The translations under genes and the position numbers were made by a program. The notes beneath the pieces were generated by a model. That model was not told the DNA's origin, ran no database searches, and saw only the letters and a program-made list of their open reading frames with translations. Shown piece after piece: positions 33,958 to 42,735 of a stretch of DNA of 64,000 bases; the first letter of the stretch is position 1; each line of letters begins with the position of its first letter. This DNA is from a bacterium (GTDB lineage Bacteria > Vulcanimicrobiota > Vulcanimicrobiia > Vulcanimicrobiales > SCRA01), in assembly GCA_004297985.1 (NCBI GenBank), contig SCRA01000044.1, positions 78,262 through 142,261 of the forward strand, in the 5' to 3' direction.

Positions 33958-36087
33958 CTACCCGCGCAGTCGCCGGCGCTCGACCGGCAGCCGTACCAGG
34001 CTGCGCCCGTTTCCGGAGCCGGGCAGCGCGGGGTACTCGATGCGTTGGTGGTGGATTCCGTAGAGCACTTGGATGCAGGCTTTCTCGACGACATGGAGAT
34101 CACGCAGCGTCAGGTCGCATTCGTCGAGCTCGCCGCGGTGGAGCAAGTGATCGATGATGCGGCGCACCTGCGCCTCGATCTTCTGCGGCGTCGGTTGTTT
34201 GATGGAGCGTACGCTGGCCTCGATGCCGTCGCAGATCATGACCAGCGCGGCCTCCTTGGTCTGCGGCTTCGGCCCAGGGTAGCGGAAGTCGTCGGGCAGC
34301 GGCGTGAACTTGTCGTTCCCCTCCTCCTGCGCCTTGCAGTACATGAAGGATACCAGCGAAGTCCCGTGATGCTGTTGGATGATGTCGACGACGTTGTCCG
34401 GCAGGCGGTGTTCTCGTGCGCTCTTCACGCCGTCCTCTACGTGCGCGATGATAATCAGCGCCGAGAGTGATGGCGCCAGCGTGTCGTGAGGATTGGGCCC
34501 CCCGCCTTGGTTCTCGACGAAGTACTGCGCCCGCTTCATCTTCCCGATGTCGTGGTAGTAGGCGCCTACGCGCGCCAACAAGGCATCGGCCCCCACGGCG
34601 CGGGCCGCCGCCTCCGCGAGATAGCCCACGGTGATCGAATGCACGTAGGTTCCCGGTGCCTCGATCAGCAGGCGTTGCAGTACCGGCTCCCCCGTGTTCC
34701 CCAGCTCCATGAGCCGCAGCGGCGAGCAGAGGTGGAAGGCATGCTCCAGAAACGGCATCAGGCCCACCGTCTCGATCGCGCTCGCCAGCCCAGCCAGCAG
34801 CGACACCATGGCATCCAACGCCGCTGTCCAGCCCCCCGCCCCACGGAGAATGTCGATGGTAGCGAAGATGGCGGCGCCCACGCCGCCGGCGATCCAGCCC
34901 GCGCGCAGCAGGTCGCTGCGCCGGCGAAGCGCCGCGGCCCCCAGCGTCGCCGCGAACCCCATGCAGAAGAGCGCCAGCGCGAAGGGATAGCTCTGTGGGT
35001 TGGCCAGCCCCGAAGCGAACGCCACCACCAGTACGCCGTAGATGGCCACCGGAACGCCGACCAAGATCGCCAGCAGCATGCCCACGGCACCCGTCGGCAC
35101 CAACGCGATGCTCACGGCATCCACGCCGCCGATGGAGATCGTCGGCGGGATGAACTTCGCGCAGATCACACCTAAGATCGTTACGGAGGCGGTCAGCCAC
35201 AACAGGCGCGCGTCTCCGAAGACCTTGCGTGAGAAAAAGAACGCTGGGACGGCCAGCAGACCAAGTAGTGCCAGCGCCAGCACGGCGAAGGCCAGCAGGC
35301 GCGCCCAGTCGATCGCTGGCCTGGCGACGCCTGCGGCGCGCAACGTCTCCACCTGCGCGGGAGTAACCAGATCCCCCTTATGGACGATGACGGCGCCCTT
35401 GGAGAGCGCGATGCGCACCGGGGCCACGGCGGCCATCGCACTGCGCTGCGCTTCGTACGTCGCCGCCAGGTCGACGGAGACGTCACGATAGACCAACGCC
35501 CCGGAGAGTACGGTGGCGACGCGCTGCGCCGTTGGGCTCAACTTGAGCTGCGCGATAGCGTCGGCGACTTTCGAGCGCGCGTCGGAGAGATCGCTGTCGT
35601 CGACGCCGACGCCCAGACCCTCGCGTTGCGCCACTGCCGTCATGACGTCGGCCCGCACGGCGCTCCGATCGGCGGGCGGGAGTCGCCTCCACTGCGCGAT
35701 CGTCGCGGGATCCACGCCCATGGCGCCCAGACCCGCCCGCGCCTTGGGAGAGTCCTCGCTCAGCCAGCCGAAGAGACGGCTGCCCACGCCAGCCAAGCGC
35801 GCCTGGGCGTCGCCGTCGACGCGATAGACCGGAGCCACTTGGCCCGCGGCGCGCTTGCGCGCCTCCTGCGTAGCCTGCTCGTCCACGTAGTCGATGTTGG
35901 CAGGAGCGACGACGTCCGTAGGTGCGATATCGCCCACGTGCAGCGGTACGGCGGAGGGCACGTAGCTCACGCCCAGCACGGCGAAGAACGCTAGCCAGAG
36001 CAGGGCGGCGGCCAGCGCGCGCTGCCGCTGCAGATCGAGCGTTGGCCGCCAGCGGAGGGCTGCCGTCAGCCGCTCACGCATCGTCAA
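33958..36087 (-). CDS. pgpH: 7TM-HD membrane phosphohydrolase (PgpH-type cyclic-di-AMP phosphodiesterase family)
   Basis: Large extracytoplasmic N-domain, a seven-TM block and a C-terminal HD domain: GTYVHSITVGYLAEAAA, YYHDIGKMKRAQYFVENQ, IIIAHVEDGV, IIQQHHGTS. Confidence 0.85.
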   Translation of the reverse strand: MTMRERLTAALRWRPTLDLQRQRALAAALLWLAFFAVLGVSYVPSAVPLHVGDIAPTDVVAPANIDYVDEQATQEARKRAAGQVAPVYRVDGDAQARLAGVGSRLFGWLSEDSPKARAGLGAMGVDPATIAQWRRLPPADRSAVRADVMTAVAQREGLGVGVDDSDLSDARSKVADAIAQLKLSPTAQRVATVLSGALVYRDVSVDLAATYEAQRSAMAAVAPVRIALSKGAVIVHKGDLVTPAQVETLRAAGVARPAIDWARLLAFAVLALALLGLLAVPAFFFSRKVFGDARLLWLTASVTILGVICAKFIPPTISIGGVDAVSIALVPTGAVGMLLAILVGVPVAIYGVLVVAFASGLANPQSYPFALALFCMGFAATLGAAALRRRSDLLRAGWIAGGVGAAIFATIDILRGAGGWTAALDAMVSLLAGLASAIETVGLMPFLEHAFHLCSPLRLMELGNTGEPVLQRLLIEAPGTYVHSITVGYLAEAAARAVGADALLARVGAYYHDIGKMKRAQYFVENQGGGPNPHDTLAPSLSALIIIAHVEDGVKSAREHRLPDNVVDIIQQHHGTSLVSFMYCKAQEEGNDKFTPLPDDFRYPGPKPQTKEAALVMICDGIEASVRSIKQPTPQKIEAQVRRIIDHLLHRGELDECDLTLRDLHVVEKACIQVLYGIHHQRIEYPALPGSGNGRSLVRLPVERRRLRG

Positions 36088-36093
36088 GCCCGC

Positions 36094-37059
36094 CTACTCC
36101 GTTGCCATGTCGTCGAGGCGGTAGGCTTCGACGATGCGGCTGACCAGCGGGTGGCGGACCACGTCGCTTTCGTCGAGGCGCACGATCGAGATCCCCGGGA
36201 TGTCTTTGAAGAGGCGCTCGGCTTCCAACAGTCCTGAGCGCGTCCCTCGCGGGAGGTCGATCTGCGTGACGTCTCCGTTCACCACCATGCGGCTCCCGTT
36301 ACCTAGCCGCGTGACGAACATCTTCAACTGCTCGTGCGTGGTATTCTGGGCCTCGTCCAGAATGACGAAGGCATCGTTCAGCGTCCGTCCGCGCATGTAC
36401 GCCAAGGGCGCAACCTCGATCACGTTACGCTCTACGTACTTCTGCACGACGCTCGCATCGAGCAATTCACCCAGCGCATCAAAGAGCGGGCGCAGGTACG
36501 GATCGACTTTCGCAGCCAGATCGCCGGGAAGGAAACCCAATTTCTCGCCCGCCTCGACGGCGGGGCGCGAGAGCACGATGCGTGAGACGGCATGCCGGCG
36601 CAGGGCGCGCACGGCCATCACGATGGCGAGAAACGTCTTCCCCGTACCGGCGGGCCCGATGCCGAATGTCAACGTGCTGGCGTCGATCTCCTCGACGTAA
36701 CGGCGTTGCCCGCGCGAGCGCGGGCGCACCTCGTGACCGCGCTGCGTCACGTAGAGCGTGGCTGGGATCGCCGCGCTCCGCTCCCCCGCATCTCGCTCCG
36801 CCTCGGCGGCCAACTTCACATCGTCGGGAGTGAGCATTTTACCGGAGCGGGCGGCCACCAGCATCGTGCCGAGCGCGCGCTCCGCGCACCCGACGGCCTC
36901 GATCTCACCGCTGATCTCGATCTGGTTGCCCTCCACGCGCAGGGTCACGGGAACCAGGGACTCGAGCGCGGTGAGGTTTCGGTCGAACTGCCCGAAGAAC
37001 CGGAGATGGTCTCCCAAACCCTCGAGCTCGAACGTGCGGGTACCCTTGACATCAGTCAT
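36094..37059 (-). CDS. phoH: PhoH-like ATPase
   Basis: TFGIGPAGTGKTFLAIVMAV (Walker A), GFLPGDLAAKVDPYLRPLFDAL, LAYMRGRTLNDAFVILDEAQNTT, VVNGDVTQIDLP. Start uncertain: ATG 37059 (MTDVKG...) aligns best with Bacillus PhoH; GTG 37116 is an alternative. Confidence 0.85.
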   Translation of the reverse strand: MTDVKGTRTFELEGLGDHLRFFGQFDRNLTALESLVPVTLRVEGNQIEISGEIEAVGCAERALGTMLVAARSGKMLTPDDVKLAAEAERDAGERSAAIPATLYVTQRGHEVRPRSRGQRRYVEEIDASTLTFGIGPAGTGKTFLAIVMAVRALRRHAVSRIVLSRPAVEAGEKLGFLPGDLAAKVDPYLRPLFDALGELLDASVVQKYVERNVIEVAPLAYMRGRTLNDAFVILDEAQNTTHEQLKMFVTRLGNGSRMVVNGDVTQIDLPRGTRSGLLEAERLFKDIPGISIVRLDESDVVRHPLVSRIVEAYRLDDMATE

Positions 37060-37093
37060 ATCGCGTGGGATGCGTTCGACAGCGGCCCCGGTT

Positions 37094-37534
37094 TCACCAG
37101 CCCGGGTCCACACCACGGGGTGCGCCCAGGATCGCCGCCCAGATCACTCCGCCCCGGATGTCCTTGGCATCGAGCGCCCCCAGTTGGGCTACCTCGGGTC
37201 TCTGCGCCACGGGAGGCCTCTCCTGGGCATCCCTACGCTTGGGTTCAACCGGGGCCGGTTTCGGAGCGCGTGGCGGCGGGGGCGGCGGAGCCACAGGCTT
37301 GGGTGGCGCCGCCAACCCAAATTGCCGCTCCACGGTACCGACGATCGTCGCAGCGTCCTGCACGATGCGCTGAGCGCGCCTGCGAAGAGGCGGCGGCAGA
37401 TGATCGAGCCCGTCGTAGAGCCGTCGCGTGGCCTCCCTGGTGCGCTGCACCAAGACCGGGTCGACGGCGCCGCCACGCGCCTGGTCCGCCAACTCGTTGG
37501 CGAGGGCGATCACCACGCGAACAATGTCGTCCAT
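37094..37534 (-). CDS. Hypothetical protein with central proline-rich linker
   Basis: Strong AAGGAGG Shine-Dalgarno 7 nt before ATG 37534. Product is MDDIVRVVIALANELADQ...PPKPVAPPPPPPRAPKPAP...DIRGGVIWAAILGAPRG. No family recognised. Confidence 0.6.
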   Translation of the reverse strand: MDDIVRVVIALANELADQARGGAVDPVLVQRTREATRRLYDGLDHLPPPLRRRAQRIVQDAATIVGTVERQFGLAAPPKPVAPPPPPPRAPKPAPVEPKRRDAQERPPVAQRPEVAQLGALDAKDIRGGVIWAAILGAPRGVDPGW

Positions 37535-37561
37535 CGCTTCCCTCCTTCGCGCTCCGGCGCC

Positions 37562-38443
37562 CTACTCCGGCTCCAGCGCCGGAGTCGCCGTGCCGCCCGC
37601 GGCGAGCGCGATGCCCGCCACGGCGATCGCCGCCCCTAGAACCTCGACCGGTACCACCGGCTCGTGGAGGAAGATCCACGACCACACATGCCCGAAGACC
37701 GGGACCAAGAAGAGCAACGCGCTGGCGCGTGCCACCGAAAGGAGGGTGAGGACATGGCTCCAGATCACGTACGCCAGTGCCGTCCCCGCCAGGGAGACGT
37801 AGCCGATCGCCCACAGCTCCGCGCCGTCGAGACGTATCGCGCGGAGTTGGCCGAAGGCGAGCGCCACCACGGTCAGCACGATCCCCGCACCGGTCATCTG
37901 TGCGGCATTTGCCAACAAAGGATCCAAGTGGCTGGCACGCTTCATCGCCACGACGTTGAACGCCAGCGCCAGCGCACCGACCAGCATGGTGCCCATTGCC
38001 AGGAGATCACCGGGCGCCTCGCGCAGCGCAGGCAGAGCGATGACGCCCACGCCCAGCGCACCGAGGAGCACGCCAACGATAGCGCTCAGATGAACCCGCT
38101 CGTGCTCCAGCGCCGCCGCCAGGACGACGGCGAAGAGCGGCGAGGAGTTGGCCAACAGCGAGCTGAGCCCACCCGAGAGGCGCTCGGCGCCAAGGAAGGT
38201 CAGACCGAAGAAGACCGCGGTCGTCAGCACCATGCCCACGAGGGCGCCACAATCCTTGCGCTGGGGGCGCTGCCAGCGGCCGCTCAGCGCGGTGAGCAAC
38301 GCCAACACAATGCCTGCCGGGAGAGCGCGCGCCGCCGCGAAAGCGAACGGCCCCATGCCTGCGCCCTCCGCCACCTTCACTGCCACCCACGTGCCGCCCC
38401 AAATGGCGCAGGGCAACAGAACGACTAGACTTCGCGATCCCAC
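37562..38443 (-). CDS. EamA/DMT-superfamily transporter
   Basis: About ten TM segments in two EamA-like halves: AIWGGTWVAVK..., SSLLANSSPLFAVVLAAAL, LAGTALAYVIWSHVL. Start uncertain; GTG 38443 chosen. The ORF-track N-extension is Arg-rich and overlaps the upstream gene. Confidence 0.75.
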   Translation of the reverse strand: MGSRSLVVLLPCAIWGGTWVAVKVAEGAGMGPFAFAAARALPAGIVLALLTALSGRWQRPQRKDCGALVGMVLTTAVFFGLTFLGAERLSGGLSSLLANSSPLFAVVLAAALEHERVHLSAIVGVLLGALGVGVIALPALREAPGDLLAMGTMLVGALALAFNVVAMKRASHLDPLLANAAQMTGAGIVLTVVALAFGQLRAIRLDGAELWAIGYVSLAGTALAYVIWSHVLTLLSVARASALLFLVPVFGHVWSWIFLHEPVVPVEVLGAAIAVAGIALAAGGTATPALEPE

Positions 38444-38691
38444 TTCATGAACGCCGCAGCGATCTCCGGGCCCTCGCGCCGCTCGCCGGGCCACTCGAAC
38501 GGCTCGTAGCGCGTGCCCATCCACTCCGGACGATATCTCCCTTCGAGACGAAACGTGTAGCGGCGCCCTTCTGCGGCGCAATCGACGTCGATCGCGGCAT
38601 AGCGCGGCGGACCGCCCTCGGGAGTCTTGCGCTCGACGGTGAACTTTGGGATCAACGCCACGTTTGGCGATCCGCAGAACGGACAGTACAT
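38425..38691 (-). CDS. Small hypothetical protein with N-terminal CxxC
   Basis: MYCPFCGSPNV...DVDCAAEG... has coding-like codon usage. The GAGGAGGGG SD lies 13 nt upstream, a long spacing, and a nearer out-of-frame ATG at 38699 would give only a 15-aa peptide. Confidence 0.45.
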   Translation of the reverse strand: MYCPFCGSPNVALIPKFTVERKTPEGGPPRYAAIDVDCAAEGRRYTFRLEGRYRPEWMGTRYEPFEWPGERREGPEIAAAFMKWDREV

Positions 38692-38801
38692 CGTCTCATG
38701 GATTCCCCTCCTCGTGAAGTCGTCCTGGCTTCCGCAGCGCCGCGAAAGGCATGACCGTATTCCCGGGACACCGAATACTCACCGCGAGGAAGGGGTCAAC
38801 G

Positions 38802-39518
38802 ATGCTGCTGCCGCTTCTGCTCGCCACCGTCATCGCTGCCGCTCCCACGTCGTCTCCTGGTCTGGCTGCGCCGACGACCCAGCAGGCACCGTTGCGTGAA
38901 GTCGTCTACCGGGCCTCGTTCACCCGCCGCCAATCCTTAGCCGTCGGCCACTTCGGTGCCGTGCCCCCCGACGCATGGGGCCACCAAACGGGAGACCACG
39001 GCACCATCACCGTCGATGTGATGGCCGTGGGTCTCAACGCTCTGGGGATAAAGCTCATCGAGTCGTGGAGCGTTAGCGGCAAGAACGTCACCTTCCTAGG
39101 CAACGTCGCACCAGACGGCACGGTGAACTTCGGCGATCAAGAGCTCAGCGACTGCTCTCGCGATCTTCTGCCGTTTTTCGCTCCGCTCATCGCGAACGCA
39201 CAGGACCTTGCTCCCGGCATCAGTTGGGTCCAGAAGTACAACGACAAGGCCGTCGACATCACCACCACCTACTCGGTGAGCAAGATCGACGGCCCCGTGG
39301 CCACCATCGGCGAGCAGCGAAAACTCGAGGTCCACTCCGCGCTCGGGATGAGCGGCGACCTCGATGGCTGGGTGACGTACAAGCCCAGCAAGCTCGTGCC
39401 GATCGCGGGCCGGTTGAGCGATATTCAGCGTCGCTCGACCGCGTCCAGCGAGGACACGATCCAAACGACGATCACCTTCGAGCGAGTCTCCGACTCGCTC
39501 GACAAAGAGACTCGATGA
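38802..39518 (+). CDS. Secreted hypothetical protein
   Basis: AGGAAGGGG SD before ATG 38802 and signal peptide MLLPLLLATVIAAAPTSSPGLAAP. No recognisable family. It is the only plus-strand gene within a long minus-strand block. Confidence 0.6.
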   Translation: MLLPLLLATVIAAAPTSSPGLAAPTTQQAPLREVVYRASFTRRQSLAVGHFGAVPPDAWGHQTGDHGTITVDVMAVGLNALGIKLIESWSVSGKNVTFLGNVAPDGTVNFGDQELSDCSRDLLPFFAPLIANAQDLAPGISWVQKYNDKAVDITTTYSVSKIDGPVATIGEQRKLEVHSALGMSGDLDGWVTYKPSKLVPIAGRLSDIQRRSTASSEDTIQTTITFERVSDSLDKETR

Positions 39519-39522
39519 CGCC

Positions 39523-40557
39523 CTATGAAGGCTGCGCTCCGCCGGGGGGTTGCGCCGGCGGCTGCGTGGACGGCATCTGCGGGCCGCCCTTCACCTGCGT
39601 CGACTGGGCGATTCCGCTGCGCATCTCCGTATCGGCGAGCACGTTCTTGTAGCGAACGTAATCCATGACGCCGAGGTTGCCTCCGCGAAATGCTTCCGCG
39701 ATCGCCAGCGGCACCTGCGCCTCGGCCTGCACGACATTGGCCTGCATCTCCTGGGTACGCGCCTTCATCTCTTGCTCGAGTGCCTGCGCCGCGTATTGGC
39801 GCTCGGCAGCCTTCGCCTGTCCGATACGACGGTCGGCCTCCGCTTGACTGATCTGCAAGTCGGCGCCGACGTTGCGCCCCACATCTACATCGGCGATATC
39901 GATCGAGACGATCTCGAATGCCGTTCCGGCGTCGAGCCCCTTGACGAGCACGGCCTTGGAGATGCGGTCCGGATACTCCAGTACCTCCTTGTACGACTGC
40001 GCCGCGCCGACCGCGGAGACGACACCCTCGCCCACGCGCGCTACGACCGTCTGCTCGCCGGCGCCTCCGACGTAGCGCTCCAGATTTGTGCGCACGGTAA
40101 TGCGCGCCTTGACGTTGAGCTGGATGCCGTCCTGGGCCACGCCTTGGAAGGTTGGCGTCTCGATGACTTTCGGATTGACGAAGGTTTGCACCGCCTCTGG
40201 AACGTTGCGCCCGGCGAGGTCGATGGCGGCAGCGCGCGGCCACTCCAACGGAATACCGGCGCGCTGCGCCGCGATCATTCCCAGCGTCACCTTGTCGACG
40301 TTGCCCCCGGCCAGGAAGTGCGACTGCAGCTGATCGACATCGACAGAGAGACCCGCCTTGCTGGCGCGCACGAGATTAGCGACGATGACGCCGGGTGGGA
40401 TGCGGATCAAGCGCATGCGCACGAGGGCGATGATCGAGAGCGGAACACCGGCCGCAATCGTCGAGAGCCAGAGCCCAAACGGAAAATAGTACAGGAAGAT
40501 AATGACGCCCAACAAGATGAGCATCAACAAGAGCGCGCTGCCGAATCCGACGATCAT
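39523..40557 (-). CDS. floA: Flotillin-like protein FloA (SPFH domain, UPF0365/YqfA)
   Basis: [80 protein letters not shown] and [11 protein letters not shown] are very characteristic FloA motifs. Confidence 0.9.
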   Translation of the reverse strand: MIVGFGSALLLMLILLGVIIFLYYFPFGLWLSTIAAGVPLSIIALVRMRLIRIPPGVIVANLVRASKAGLSVDVDQLQSHFLAGGNVDKVTLGMIAAQRAGIPLEWPRAAAIDLAGRNVPEAVQTFVNPKVIETPTFQGVAQDGIQLNVKARITVRTNLERYVGGAGEQTVVARVGEGVVSAVGAAQSYKEVLEYPDRISKAVLVKGLDAGTAFEIVSIDIADVDVGRNVGADLQISQAEADRRIGQAKAAERQYAAQALEQEMKARTQEMQANVVQAEAQVPLAIAEAFRGGNLGVMDYVRYKNVLADTEMRSGIAQSTQVKGGPQMPSTQPPAQPPGGAQPS

Positions 40558-40569
40558 AGGATCCCTTCT

Positions 40570-41874
40570 TTACTCTCGAGCGACGAATATCCGCCCGCCT
40601 TCCACGCGCTGCACGTGGATGGGCGAGCCTGCGGGAACGTAGTCACCCTCCGTCAAGACGTCCAAGCGATGCCCGTTCAGCTCTGCGACCCCGCTGGGGC
40701 GCAGGTCCGAGAGTGCCACGCCATGCGCGCCGTCGTAGCCGCGATAGTCGGCGCTGGCGATGTACTCCGGCCCCTGCGCGCCCGAGAAGACGATGCGCCG
40801 GAAAAACGCGTTCTGCGGGAAGATCCGCGTCGCGAGCACGTAGAGGATAGCCGTGGCCACGATGGCCATCGAGAGCGCCTGGATCGCCACGCCGACGAAG
40901 GCGATCCCAAAGGCCAGGATCACCGCCGCGCCAAGCATCAACATGCCCAAGATGCCGAAGAGTCCGTGACCGGGGAAGACATGCAGCTCCGCAAGCAACG
41001 CCAGCACCCCCAGCACGGCCAGCACCACGACCACTTCGTTCGAGAAACCGGCCAGCACGTGGGACCCGAAGAAGAGCCCCAGAGAGACGATGCCGATGAG
41101 GCCGGCGATGCCGTGCAGCGTCTGCATCTCGATCAGCAGCCCGAGAAATCCGATGGTCAACAGCATGCCGCTGACCACGGGATCGGTCGCGAACCGCGCC
41201 AACTGCTCGCCAAACGTATAGTGCGCGGTACGCACCGTGCGCCCGGCCAGGTGCTCCGCCTCCAAGACTTGCTCGAACGTCGCGGCCGTCTCGTTGGCGA
41301 CCCCCAGCTTCACCGCTTCATCGGCGGTGAGCGTCAGGATCTGCCCCTTCGCGTCGTACGGCGGATAGGGACTCTGCTTGTCCACCATCGCGGCGGCGAT
41401 CTTCGGATCGCGCCCGTTGCGCGATGCCGTCGCCTCAAACTCCGCGCGCAGAGCGGAGACGGTCTTCTCGGTGGCGGGAATCGGCTCGGCGGCGCCGATG
41501 CTGGCGCCGGGAGCAATCGCGATACGCGGCGCCGCCAGGGTCACCAGCGCCCCAGCGCTCCATGCGCGCTCGGAGACGAAGGCGATGACCGGAACGTGGG
41601 CGGCGAAGAGGCTGTCACGGATCTGGGTTGCGGCATCGACGAGCCCGCCCGGCGTATTCACATCGAGGATGATGGCCTTCGCGCCGGAGGTGTCGGCATC
41701 GGCCACAGCCTTCTGCACCAGGTGGGCCATGCCTTGGTCGATGGTGCCGTGAATCGGGATCACCACCACTTCCCCCGGCTCGGCGGCCCGTGCCGCGGCG
41801 GAGACGGCAAAGCCGGCGGAGGCCAAGCCCAGCGCCACCATCACTGCAAACCAGAGCCGAAGGATATTGCGCAC
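40570..41874 (-). CDS. NfeD-family membrane-bound serine protease (YqeZ-like)
   Basis: ClpP-class domain (AIILDVNTPGGLVDAATQIRD, AWSAGALVTLAAPRIAIAPGASIGAAEPI), a polytopic membrane region and a C-terminal NfeD OB domain. Start set to GTG 41874, which has a GAGGAGGGGG SD and gives signal peptide MRNILRLWFAVMVALGLASAGFAVSAAARA. The ORF track starts at 41943. Confidence 0.85.
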   Translation of the reverse strand: MRNILRLWFAVMVALGLASAGFAVSAAARAAEPGEVVVIPIHGTIDQGMAHLVQKAVADADTSGAKAIILDVNTPGGLVDAATQIRDSLFAAHVPVIAFVSERAWSAGALVTLAAPRIAIAPGASIGAAEPIPATEKTVSALRAEFEATASRNGRDPKIAAAMVDKQSPYPPYDAKGQILTLTADEAVKLGVANETAATFEQVLEAEHLAGRTVRTAHYTFGEQLARFATDPVVSGMLLTIGFLGLLIEMQTLHGIAGLIGIVSLGLFFGSHVLAGFSNEVVVVLAVLGVLALLAELHVFPGHGLFGILGMLMLGAAVILAFGIAFVGVAIQALSMAIVATAILYVLATRIFPQNAFFRRIVFSGAQGPEYIASADYRGYDGAHGVALSDLRPSGVAELNGHRLDVLTEGDYVPAGSPIHVQRVEGGRIFVARE

Positions 41875-41944
41875 GCCCCCTCCTCGCGGATTTCTACCCG
41901 GGGGGCGGCGGAAAGTTGCGCCGCCCGATCGGGCAGCGCTCACG

Positions 41945-42382
41945 CTACTTGGCGATCTCGGCGGCGACGATCTCCGAGACCGTTTTGCCGTCGGCGATAC
42001 CTTTGACCTTGGGCATGACGATGCGCATCGCCATCCCGCGGTCCAAGGGACGGGGAAGGCCCGCCAGCGACTCGCGCACGACGGCCTCTACCTCCTCGCG
42101 ACTGAGCTGGCGAGGCAGGAACGCTTGCAGGATTTCGCGCTCGCGCGACTCCTTTGCGGCCGACTCCGCGCGCCCAGCGCGTTCGTACTCGGTGATGGCG
42201 TCGTTGCGCTGCTTGACCTGCTTGTGAACGACCTCCATCTGCTCCTCATCGGAGAGATCGCGGCCTGCTTCGATACGGCGATAGTTCAAGGCGCTGCGCA
42301 GCATGCGCAACGTATCGACACGGACCTGATCGCGGGCCTTCATGGCCTCCTTCAGATCCGCGCCGATCTTGCTTTCGATCAT
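41945..42382 (-). CDS. yqeY: GatB/YqeY domain protein
   Basis: IGADLKEAMKARDQVRVDTLRMLRSAL, EEQMEVVHKQVKQRNDAITEYERAGR, SREREILQAFLP is the YqeY pattern. Immediately downstream of rpsU, as in Bacillus. Confidence 0.85.
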   Translation of the reverse strand: MIESKIGADLKEAMKARDQVRVDTLRMLRSALNYRRIEAGRDLSDEEQMEVVHKQVKQRNDAITEYERAGRAESAAKESREREILQAFLPRQLSREEVEAVVRESLAGLPRPLDRGMAMRIVMPKVKGIADGKTVSEIVAAEIAK

Positions 42383-42391
42383 CGAGATACC

Positions 42392-42562
42392 CTAGGTACG
42401 GCGTTTGCGCGCAGCGGCGGACTTCTTTTTGGCGCGCACGCTGGGCTTCTCGTAATGCTCGTGCTTTCGGGCCTCGGCGAGAATCCCGGCCTTCTGCGTC
42501 GCCTTCTTGAAGCGGCGGAGGGCGGACTCGATGGACTCGCCTGGAGCGACTCGGATTTCCAT
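42392..42562 (-). CDS. rpsU: 30S ribosomal protein S21
   Basis: Hand translation of the minus strand gives [56 protein letters not shown]-stop (56 aa). It falls below the ORF-track size cut-off. Confidence 0.9.
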   Translation of the reverse strand: MEIRVAPGESIESALRRFKKATQKAGILAEARKHEHYEKPSVRAKKKSAAARKRRT

Positions 42563-42735
42563 AGAACTTCAACCCCCCTCTCAATGCCGGCCGCGGACGG
42601 CCGATGTCTTGCTGGCTCCTGGTCGGCGGCCAAACAGCCACCATACTATACCAACTTCGGCATGGGCGTCAATGCGCCATCCGGCACGGGTGGCCGGCAA
42701 GGAGCGACCCTCGCCGTGCGGTAAGAGGCGACGGT

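Noticed and set aside
39550-42006. Very long antisense ORFs: 818 aa on the plus strand here; also 43333-44793, 1621-3090, 5005-6213, 26004-27109, 36592-37749 and 59173-60258.
   Set aside because: Each lies opposite a gene with strong family motifs and is dominated by Arg/His/Gly/Asp/Pro. None has a recognisable domain. This is the typical stop-codon-poor antisense frame of GC-rich DNA.
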